NCBI RefSeq assembly: GCF_900167395.1
Contig: NZ_FUWK01000008.1
Location: 43,942-72,287 of the forward strand
Direction: 5' to 3'
DNA length: 28,346 nt
DNA from: Nitrosomonas europaea
GTDB lineage: Bacteria; Pseudomonadota; Gammaproteobacteria; Burkholderiales; Nitrosomonadaceae
Shown here: in pieces, positions 1-7,405 of the stretch
Layout of the letters: every line of letters starts with the position of its first letter
How positions within the stretch are numbered: position 1 is the stretch's first letter
The notes under the pieces: model-generated
Seen by the model: the letters and a program-made list of their open reading frames with translations, nothing else
Told to the model about the DNA's origin: nothing
The model's database searches: none
Made by a program: the position numbers and the translations under genes

Positions 1-690
1 GACAACAGCACCAACACCAAAACTGTTGACAGCAACAACACCAGCACCAAAACTTCTGACAGCAGTGACAACAGTACCAACACCAAAACTGTTGCAAATA
101 CAGACAGCAACAACAGTGGTAAAGCATCTGCCGATGACAAGTCTGCTGCTGCTAATAACAATAGTACTGCCAGTGTAGACAATAGCAACAGCAGTACTAA
201 CAGCAAAGACAGCAACGATAACAACAGCCGTGCCAGTGCCAGCGCTAAAGGCGATGGCTCTGCTTCTGCCAACGGCGGTAGCACTGCTACTTCTGATAAC
301 AGCGATAACAGCGATAACAGCAGTGCCAGTGCCAAAGGTCAGGGTAATGCCTCGGCTAATGGTGGTGGTGCAGCAACCGTAACGGATAGCAGCGATAACA
401 GCAGCGCCAATGCACATGGTGGTAAAGGTAATGCTGTTGCAAATGGTGGTGGGGCTGCCACATCTACCTACGCTATCAATAATGCTGAGTTGAGCGGAAC
501 CGTAACCGGCCAGGCTGCTGAAGGAATTCCTTTGGTCGATGCCTCCGCTCTCGTTGGTGGTAATTTAAGCAATAATATTGACGGTTCACTGAATGGTGCC
601 GGCCTGAATCAGGTTGCTCAGAACATTGGGTCAAGCTCTTTGATTCAGCAGCAAGTATCTTTCCAGGGTAATGTGAACGTTAATCAGTAA
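1..690 (+). CDS. Secreted low-complexity repeat protein (5' partial); candidate fibre/cargo subunit of the downstream Fap-like cassette
   Basis: Frame +1 is open from base 1 to TAA at 688-690; the listed ORF 490..690 is only its tail. Composition is D/N/S/T/G/A-rich. A DNSTNTKTV unit at nt 1-27 recurs at nt 67-93 with one synonymous change. Three imperfect repeats SA[SN]A[KH]G.G.A.ANGG..AT lie at nt 235-291, 322-378 and 403-462. The Q/N-rich C-terminal motif is shared with the next ORF. Confidence 0.7.
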   Translation, partial: DNSTNTKTVDSNNTSTKTSDSSDNSTNTKTVANTDSNNSGKASADDKSAAANNNSTASVDNSNSSTNSKDSNDNNSRASASAKGDGSASANGGSTATSDNSDNSDNSSASAKGQGNASANGGGAATVTDSSDNSSANAHGGKGNAVANGGGAATSTYAINNAELSGTVTGQAAEGIPLVDASALVGGNLSNNIDGSLNGAGLNQVAQNIGSSSLIQQQVSFQGNVNVNQ

Positions 691-723
691 TAGCTTTATT
701 GGTTAATGTAATGTAGTACTTTC

Positions 724-762
724 AACTGGCAGGCAGTAGCAATATTGCTTGCCAGTTTTTTT
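724..762 (+). terminator. Rho-independent terminator or attenuator after the repeat-protein gene
   Basis: AACTGGCAGGCAGTA / GCAA loop / TATTGCTTGCCAGTT forms about 15 bp of stem (two G-U pairs) around a GNRA-type tetraloop. It is followed by a run of seven T (756-762) and sits 34 nt after the stop codon. Confidence 0.75.
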
Positions 763-805
763 ATCGGGATAGGAAAGATTACGTGAGTGACAAATGGAGA
801 TTTTT

Positions 806-1174
806 ATGAGAACCAGTATTAGAAAGGGTCTTGTTGCACTTGCGATATGGGTGCCTGTTGGTATGAGTTATGGAGCTTCCGGATCAGAATTGTTGGAGGG
901 AAAGGATATATATCTCCCTCATGCAGAGAGAGCAACTCTGGAAGAGCTGGATAATGCGACAGGCCGTGAAGGAGTGGATATAACCACACTAAATCGTATG
1001 AATGTCCGTGCATTTCTTGCCGATAATAGCGCAACCAATAATGTCAGCGGGTTTAATTCCATCGATAACGGTTCTTTTGTCGGAGCAAGCGGTATGTTTT
1101 CGGTAATTCAGAACTCAGGTAACAATGTTCTCATACAGGACTCGACAATAGTCAATGTGACCATATTACCTTGA
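806..1174 (+). CDS. Small secreted protein with Q/N-rich C-terminal motif paralogous to the upstream repeat protein
   Basis: ATG at 806 is preceded by GGAG at 796-799; the listed ORF starts at 794. The predicted signal peptide is MRTSIRKGLVALAIWVPVGMSYGA. The C-terminal NSIDNGSFVGASGMFSVIQNSGNNVLIQDSTIVNV aligns with NNIDGSLNGAGLNQVAQNIGSSSLIQQQVSF of the upstream ORF. Confidence 0.6.
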   Translation: MRTSIRKGLVALAIWVPVGMSYGASGSELLEGKDIYLPHAERATLEELDNATGREGVDITTLNRMNVRAFLADNSATNNVSGFNSIDNGSFVGASGMFSVIQNSGNNVLIQDSTIVNVTILP

Positions 1175-1297
1175 GTCTGGTATCAGTTTTTTGGATGGAG
1201 TGACGATAAAGAAATCATATTCAGGTCAATTTCTTCAGTTTGAGATTGGCTGCGTCGGTTATGCTAAGTGTTTTGGTTGTCTATCCAGAGATCAACT

Positions 1298-1993
1298 ATG
1301 AAGTTACCGCTGACATCATTTGCTGTTTTCCTGATCACTCAGACAGTCTGGGCTGGTGAGGTGTTTGCGCTGGATATGATTGGTGTGGCGGGTGGTGCCA
1401 ACTTCAATATACAAGGCAAGAGCTTTGCGGAACGCCGTTTTAGTACGGTTTACAGGCAGCAATTCGATTTCAGTTGTGGCTCGGCAGCTTTGGCAAGTTT
1501 GCTTACTTTTCACTATGACGATAGTGTGGATGAACAGTCTGTATTTGTTGATATGTTCCAGCATGGGGATCAGGAAAAGATCAGGCGAGAAGGTTTTTCC
1601 ATGCTGGATATGAAGCGGTATCTTGAACGAAGAGGGTATGGTTCAGATGGTTTCAAAATCAATTTAGATCAGTTGTATTCCACTGGCAGTCCCGCCATCA
1701 CTATCATTAATCATAATGGCTATATGCACTTTGTCATTATTAAAGGGGTGGATGAGGATAGAGTTCTGGTGGGGGATCCGGCTCAGGGCGTCAAATCCAT
1801 GGATCGCACTGAATTTGAAAGAATGTGGGGGAATCGCATTGTATTTCTGATTCATAATCATGTGGATCCTGAAGTAAGCTACCGGAAAATACATCAGGAG
1901 TGGTCGGGCAGGTTGGCCCCATTGGGAGAAGCAGTTGATCGGACGAGTCTGGGCGTTTTTAATGTACTGCGGCCAGGTCCTTGGGATTTTTGA
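1298..1993 (+). CDS. Periplasmic C39 peptidase-like protein (FapD-like)
   Basis: ATG at 1298 gives the signal peptide MKLPLTSFAVFLITQTVWAG. The motif QQFDFSCGSAALASLLTFHY is a C39 catalytic Cys context. DQEKIRREGFSMLDMKRYLERRGY and HFVIIKG..DRVLVGDPA carry the His/Asp region. It is a standalone domain with no ABC transporter fusion. Confidence 0.75.
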   Translation: MKLPLTSFAVFLITQTVWAGEVFALDMIGVAGGANFNIQGKSFAERRFSTVYRQQFDFSCGSAALASLLTFHYDDSVDEQSVFVDMFQHGDQEKIRREGFSMLDMKRYLERRGYGSDGFKINLDQLYSTGSPAITIINHNGYMHFVIIKGVDEDRVLVGDPAQGVKSMDRTEFERMWGNRIVFLIHNHVDPEVSYRKIHQEWSGRLAPLGEAVDRTSLGVFNVLRPGPWDF

Positions 1994-2018
1994 TGGTTTT
2001 TATGAGATGGGGCGAAAA

Positions 2019-2519
2019 ATGAAAACAGGACACTTTTATCTGATGGTAAAAAATATCCGATCCTGCCTTGTGCTAATGGTATTGTCCTGTTTTACGGTCC
2101 AAACATACGCCGAAGATGTAACTGTCAGGTTATCAGTACAAAATATTCATCACCCGGAGTGGGAACGCGCAACGGATGAAGAGCTCGCAGTATTGAGAGG
2201 GGGATTCGTTCTTCCAAATGGTGTACATATTGATATGAGTCTGGAAAAGTTTATCCACTTGAATGATGTGCTGGTGCATTCATCCTCTCTTCAGCTTCCG
2301 GGCGCAGGTGTGGTTTTACAAGCGGGTATGCAGAATATGGTGTCTGATTCTATCACCGTGCCGGAACTCAGTACCTTCGTTCAGAATACACTGGATAGTC
2401 AGCATATTGAGGCATTGACAACCATCAATATAGAAGTCAGCAATCTGAAAGGGATTGCAGCGAATGGCGGCGGTCAGCAGGTTTTTACCGAATTTTTAGC
2501 ACCAGCTTTGTTGCGGTAG
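2019..2519 (+). CDS. Small secreted hypothetical protein in the Fap-like cassette
   Basis: The ORF 1935..2519 overlaps the upstream gene. In-frame ATGs at 2007, 2019 and 2043 all precede the signal-peptide-like KNIRSCLVLMVLSCFTVQTYA-ED. The start choice is uncertain. No family was recognised. Confidence 0.5.
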   Translation: MKTGHFYLMVKNIRSCLVLMVLSCFTVQTYAEDVTVRLSVQNIHHPEWERATDEELAVLRGGFVLPNGVHIDMSLEKFIHLNDVLVHSSSLQLPGAGVVLQAGMQNMVSDSITVPELSTFVQNTLDSQHIEALTTINIEVSNLKGIAANGGGQQVFTEFLAPALLR

Positions 2520-2540
2520 CTATTCTGTACGCCATCAAGC

Positions 2541-3929
2541 ATGAGAAAAAATATATCTGAAAATAATGGTAAACGCCCCGGAAGTGTGAAAAGCAGATTT
2601 CTTGTGAGTGCTTTTGCAGTATTTCTTGTTGCTTATTCTCAGACAGGAAGATCTTCAGAAGAAGTCCTCGAACAATATAAATCCCTTTTTGCGCAGCAGC
2701 AAAAGGAGTTCGAAAAACAGCGGCAGATCATCATCGAGCAGGGGAAAGAAATAGAGAAGCTCAAATCCCGTCTGGACTCCCTGATTACTACGCAACCTAC
2801 CGATCGCAGCCCGGCCAGCAATGTAGCTGGCAAAGATGGGCAACGTCCCCCGCAGGTATCCTCACCCTCTACTCCAAAGACGGTAGTTGCCGGACCAGTT
2901 GGCAAAAAAAATGATCAGGTACAGACACGCACCGTGCCTGGTAATCTTCCTGCTGGGCCTGTAGGACAGGCGCCACCCAAGCAGGATGAGAAACCAAGAC
3001 CGCCTGAAATGCCTAGATTGAGTGATGCAGTAGGAGGAGTGCTGACACGTAAAGGCAAGATCGTGGTTGAACCTGCACTGGAATATGCTTTCACGGACAG
3101 TAACCGGATATTTCTGGATGCATTCACATTTCTCCCGGCGATTGCTATTGGTTTGATAGATGTTCGTCAAGTGGATCAGCACAGCCTTATGGCAAGTATT
3201 GGAGCTCGCTACGGTGTGACAGATCGTCTTGAGGTTGAAGCGAGAGTTCCCTATCGCGCGCGTTTTGATGAGCAACGCTCCAGGCCAGTCAGCATTGGAG
3301 CCGGGATCGATGAAACATTCAATGCATCCGGGAATGGCTTGGGGGACATTGAATTTGCCGCTCGCTATCAGCTTAATTCAGGAGCGGGAGGGTGGCCTAT
3401 TCTGGTGGGAAATATGCGAGCAACAGTACCTACAGGGAAGGGGCCCTTTGATATTAAATACGCACAGGCTCAAGGTGTTCCAGGTGCTGTATTTCCTACT
3501 GAAGTTCCTACAGGATCGGGTTTTTTCAGTTTTGAACCAAGCGTTACTGCACTCTATGCAACTGATCCGGCCGTATTCTTTGCAAATCTGGCCTATAACT
3601 ACAATATGGGTACCACGGAGAAGGCGCTTGATGGATCAGGTGATAAATTTAAGGTTGATCCAGGTTATGCAGTGGGTATGACTTTTGGTATGGGGTTCGG
3701 AATTAACGAGCGCTCTTCGTTCAATATCGGGTATGGTCATCGCCATATTTTTAATACCAAAATAAATAATCGTACATTGAAAGGTAGTCAGCTTGATATA
3801 GGGCAATTACTGCTCGGCTATGCTTTTAAATATTCACAGCAGACTACCTTGAATTTCTCCATTGCGATAGGAACAACCGATGATGCACAGGATGTCAGAC
3901 TCAGCTTTAGAGTGCCCATGACGTTTTAA
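2541..3929 (+). CDS. Outer-membrane beta-barrel with N-terminal coiled coil and Pro-rich linker (FapF-like / MetA-type transporter fold)
   Basis: It has a signal peptide and a heptad-like region EEVLEQYKSLFAQQQKEFEKQRQIIIEQGKEIEKLKSRLDSL. A P/Q/G-rich linker of about 80 aa follows, then alternating-hydrophobicity barrel strands with a GLGD motif. The C-terminus is the OMP signature ...RVPMTF. Confidence 0.7.
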   Translation: MRKNISENNGKRPGSVKSRFLVSAFAVFLVAYSQTGRSSEEVLEQYKSLFAQQQKEFEKQRQIIIEQGKEIEKLKSRLDSLITTQPTDRSPASNVAGKDGQRPPQVSSPSTPKTVVAGPVGKKNDQVQTRTVPGNLPAGPVGQAPPKQDEKPRPPEMPRLSDAVGGVLTRKGKIVVEPALEYAFTDSNRIFLDAFTFLPAIAIGLIDVRQVDQHSLMASIGARYGVTDRLEVEARVPYRARFDEQRSRPVSIGAGIDETFNASGNGLGDIEFAARYQLNSGAGGWPILVGNMRATVPTGKGPFDIKYAQAQGVPGAVFPTEVPTGSGFFSFEPSVTALYATDPAVFFANLAYNYNMGTTEKALDGSGDKFKVDPGYAVGMTFGMGFGINERSSFNIGYGHRHIFNTKINNRTLKGSQLDIGQLLLGYAFKYSQQTTLNFSIAIGTTDDAQDVRLSFRVPMTF

Positions 3930-4118
3930 TTCCATTTATAAATCAAAACTAAATTTGTCGGCTTCACCTTGCCGTATTATTTATACCGTCTGTGGCTCGC
4001 CTTCATGTCATTTTTGATTTGGGAATGGAATAAGTTGTTTTCCTTCTTTGCCTTGCCTTTGTTTTGTAGTATGACGAGAGTGTTGTAGCGGTTGGTAAAA
4101 AGAAGGCCGCCAAGTCGA

Positions 4119-4652
4119 TCATTGACAGCTATCCTTGTTTCCATCGCACCAGATTTTTCTGATTTTTTCTTCCATTCCGGCATTCATACCGGCAGCACGA
4201 CCTTCTTTGAAAGCGATTTCCGGGGCTATGCCTTCGCTCAGCCGGTAGGCAGTCCACATGGCACCAGCACGGTTACCGGTAGCACAATGGATCAGAACGG
4301 GGGGGGCTGCCTGCTCTAAAGCCTGTTTGAAGGCTGTTAGCTGTGACTCATTTACCCCTTCACCGGTGACAGGGATATTGATATAAGTTATGCCGACTGC
4401 TTCAACAGCTTTTTTCTCGCTTGGTGTCCCTTCTGATTCACTGCGCAGATCTATTACAGTCTGAAAACTGTGCTTGACGAGCTCCTGAATGCCATCTTTG
4501 GTAAGTGCTCCGGAAGTAGCAATATTGGGCGTGACGCGCAAATAACGCATCAGATCGTTAATCTGTGTAGCGTAGGGTACCTGATCTTTTGCAGATACCC
4601 AGCCTGATGACGATAAAGCGAGAATGATGATAAAAACTCTCACAAAAAACAT
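4119..4652 (-). CDS. Exported CX5R phosphatase-fold protein (DSP-PTPase-like / TIGR01244-type sulfur-transferase domain)
   Basis: The N-terminal signal peptide is MFFVRVFIIILALSSSGWVSA. The active-site-like motif HCATGNRAG matches HCxxGxR(S/T/A)G. Confidence 0.6.
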   Translation of the reverse strand: MFFVRVFIIILALSSSGWVSAKDQVPYATQINDLMRYLRVTPNIATSGALTKDGIQELVKHSFQTVIDLRSESEGTPSEKKAVEAVGITYINIPVTGEGVNESQLTAFKQALEQAAPPVLIHCATGNRAGAMWTAYRLSEGIAPEIAFKEGRAAGMNAGMEEKIRKIWCDGNKDSCQ

Positions 4653-4864
4653 TTTGACCTCCGATCATAATTGGAATGTGTAAAAATCGTAGCATGAATG
4701 CTCGGGTGGATAAAAGAGCAGATATGAGTTACGGCGAGGAATAACAATTTCTGGCCGATCCCGGCGTTTGATCACTCAAATCAGGGAAAGTCACGTTTGA
4801 TTGTGTTGGCAAGTATGGTGATTGACAACTGATTTGCCATTTTTTACTAAGGGTTGATGAACAG

Positions 4865-5956
4865 GTGTTCACCGCTTTGGATTATGAGTATATGTCCCAT
4901 GCGCTGCGGCTGGCCGAAAGGGGGCTGTTTACCACCAGCCCGAATCCTCGGGTAGGGTGCGTAATCGTCAATGGCGGCAAGGTAGTTGGAACAGGGTGGC
5001 ATGAGCGGGCAGGGGAGCCACATGCAGAAATTCATGCATTACGGAAAGCAGGGGATTTGGCCAAGGGCGCTACTGTTTATGTAACACTCGAGCCTTGCAG
5101 TCATCATGGCCGTACACCACCTTGCGTCGAGGCTTTGATTCAGGCAGGGGTGTGCAAAGTAGTCATGGCGATGAATGACCCTAATCCGCATGTAAACGGT
5201 CAAGGAAAGGAATGGTTGCAGAAAGCCGGTATCGCAATACAAGCAGGTTTGCTGGCTGATCAAGCAGAGCGATTGAATATCGGATTTGTTACCCGAATGC
5301 GACATGATCGTCCATGGGTGCGGACTAAGATAGCAGCCAGCTTCGATGGCAGAACGGCTCTGAAGAATGGAAAGAGCCAGTGGATTACCAGTGAGCCGGC
5401 TCGGCGGGATGGCCATAAATGGCGAGCACGTTCATGTGCGATACTGACAGGGATCAGCTCGGTCAGGAAGGATGACCCTCAACTGACGGTGCGGTATATT
5501 ACGGTCTCCAGGCAGCCAATGCGCATAGTGGTGGATTCGAACCTGGAAACTCCCTTGCAGGCAAAGTTGCTGCAGAATGCAGATACAACTTGGATCTTCA
5601 CGGCACAGACCAGCAAAGAAAAAATACACCGACTGGAAGATACCGGTGCTCACATCGTTGTTTTGCCTGATTTGGCCGGAAAGGTTGATCTCAAAGCCAT
5701 GATGGTGAAGTTGGCCGAATTAGGTATCAATGAGCTGCTGGTTGAAGCAGGCCCGGTACTGAACGGAGCGCTGGTAACAGCTGGGCTGGTGGATGAAATC
5801 ATTTTTTATTTTGCCCCCAGCCTGTTGGGTAATTCAGCACAAGCGATGCTGGCATTGCCTGAAATCGGGGATTTATCAGAGAAGTATGATTTGCAAATAT
5901 CCGATATTCGAAAAATCGGGATGGATGTCCGTCTGATAGCAAGGTTTATGAAATGA
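4865..5956 (+). CDS. ribD: Bifunctional riboflavin biosynthesis protein RibD (pyrimidine deaminase / uracil reductase)
   Basis: The start is GTG. Deaminase zinc motifs HAEIHAL and PCSHHGRTPPC are present. A C-terminal reductase domain is present, and the length of 363 aa is typical. Confidence 0.9.
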   Translation: MFTALDYEYMSHALRLAERGLFTTSPNPRVGCVIVNGGKVVGTGWHERAGEPHAEIHALRKAGDLAKGATVYVTLEPCSHHGRTPPCVEALIQAGVCKVVMAMNDPNPHVNGQGKEWLQKAGIAIQAGLLADQAERLNIGFVTRMRHDRPWVRTKIAASFDGRTALKNGKSQWITSEPARRDGHKWRARSCAILTGISSVRKDDPQLTVRYITVSRQPMRIVVDSNLETPLQAKLLQNADTTWIFTAQTSKEKIHRLEDTGAHIVVLPDLAGKVDLKAMMVKLAELGINELLVEAGPVLNGALVTAGLVDEIIFYFAPSLLGNSAQAMLALPEIGDLSEKYDLQISDIRKIGMDVRLIARFMK

Positions 5957-6047
5957 GGTTAGAAGTGCAGGGAATGATAAAGAGAAAAGGTTTTTTGCCG
6001 TTGGCAGAAGATATTGATGGTGCCACTACTGAATCATGAGCTGAATT

Positions 6048-7253
6048 ATGCGAATTCTGCACATTCTGGATCACTCTATTCCGTTACACAGCGGTTATAC
6101 ATTTCGCACGTTGGCGATCCTGAAAGAACAGCGCGACCTGGGGTGGGAAACGTTTCATGTTACCAGCGCCAAACATACCGGCTCGGTTGCGCTGGAAGAA
6201 GAAGTCGATGGCTGGCATTTTTACAGGACGCCGGAGCATTCCCGTTTTGCCAGCAGACTGCCGATTCTGAATCAGATCGCTGTGATCAATGGTTTAGCTC
6301 GGCGGGTGGCTGATATCGTGCGAATCATCAAACCGGATCTTTTGCATGCCCATTCACCGGCACTCAATGCGATTCCCGCTCTGATCGCTGCGCGTAAAGC
6401 TTCTATACCGGTTATTTATGAGGTGCGCGCCTTCTGGGAAGATGCAGCAGTGGACCACGGCACCAGCAGTGAATGGGGTGTACGCTATCGTCTGACACGC
6501 GGGTTGGAAAATTTTGCACTTCGGCGTGTAGATGCAATCACTACGATTTGTGAAGGATTGCGAAATGACATGATCGGACGGGGTATTGCACCGGAAAAGA
6601 TTACGACTATTCCCAACGCGGTCGATATCGAGAAATTTGCTGCAAGCCGTCCGGCGAATGAATCACTCAAGGAGCAGTTTGGATTAAAGAGCAAGCGCAT
6701 CATCGGGTTTATCGGCTCTTTTTATGCTTACGAGGGGCTGGATATATTGCTACGGGCTTTGCCGATCATGCTGCTGCAGCATCCTGATTTGCGTGTATTG
6801 CTGGTCGGTGGCGGGCCACAGGATGGGCAGTTGCGGCAACTTGCCAGCCAGCTTGGTATCGGGGATAAAGTCATTTTTACCGGCCGTGTCCCACACGATA
6901 AAGTGCAGGATTACTATGATTTGATTGACGTTCTGGTTTATCCGCGCCTTTCCATGCGACTTACTGATCTCGTCACTCCTTTGAAGCCGCTGGAGGCTAT
7001 GGCACAGGGCAGAGTGCTGGCTGCTTCGGATGTGGGAGGACATCAGGAACTGATTCGTGACAACCATAACGGTATTTTGTTCAAATCCGGTGATCCGAAT
7101 TCACTGGCGCAAAAAGTCGGAGAGCTGATAAACGTGCCAGGCCGGTGGGAAGATTTGCGCAGGGCTGGACGGGAGTTTGTCGAGACTGAACGTAACTGGC
7201 GGAAAAGTGTGGCGAAATATCAGTTTATTTATAGTAATTTGCTCAATAAATAA
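6048..7253 (+). CDS. GT4-family glycosyltransferase (resembles the PEP-CTERM/exosortase-associated sugar transferase subfamily)
   Basis: The N-terminus MRILHILDHS.P..SGY matches the family. The C-terminal GT-B region has the E..G....EAMA.G.PV..S..GG..E-type motif (PLKPLEAMAQGRVLAASDVGGHQELI). The subfamily call is from memory only. Confidence 0.75.
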   Translation: MRILHILDHSIPLHSGYTFRTLAILKEQRDLGWETFHVTSAKHTGSVALEEEVDGWHFYRTPEHSRFASRLPILNQIAVINGLARRVADIVRIIKPDLLHAHSPALNAIPALIAARKASIPVIYEVRAFWEDAAVDHGTSSEWGVRYRLTRGLENFALRRVDAITTICEGLRNDMIGRGIAPEKITTIPNAVDIEKFAASRPANESLKEQFGLKSKRIIGFIGSFYAYEGLDILLRALPIMLLQHPDLRVLLVGGGPQDGQLRQLASQLGIGDKVIFTGRVPHDKVQDYYDLIDVLVYPRLSMRLTDLVTPLKPLEAMAQGRVLAASDVGGHQELIRDNHNGILFKSGDPNSLAQKVGELINVPGRWEDLRRAGREFVETERNWRKSVAKYQFIYSNLLNK

Positions 7254-7405
7254 ATGTAGACTAAATATTGGGGCTACAGATATCGCCTGAGCTTGAATTT
7301 TCTAATTAATTGCGTGTATTAACCACTTAAAACGTTTCGCTGCGTGTTGCCCAGGGCGGCTTTTTATGGTTCCTGACAAATCTAGGGCGTGGAAATTTTA
7401 ACAGT

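Noticed and set aside
1-480. Repetitive DNA considered as a CRISPR array or non-coding satellite
   Set aside because: The repeats are in-frame codon repeats within a continuously open reading frame. There is no repeat-spacer periodicity with unique spacers.
3229-3681. 150-aa alternative-frame ORF inside the FapF-like barrel gene
   Set aside because: It lies entirely inside a gene whose frame has a coherent signal peptide, coiled coil and barrel architecture. The ORF itself has no motifs and no RBS.
4653-4864. Possible FMN (RFN) riboswitch upstream of ribD
   Set aside because: I could not find the conserved RFN core segments (GGGCGGGG..., ...CCGACGGT..., ...GGATGGGAGA-type boxes) on either strand. 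The region is also AT-rich and unstructured by eye.
6014-6313. 99-aa ORF overlapping the start of the first glycosyltransferase
   Set aside because: It is an alternative frame of a gene with clear GT4 similarity, and its R/G/S-rich composition has no motifs.
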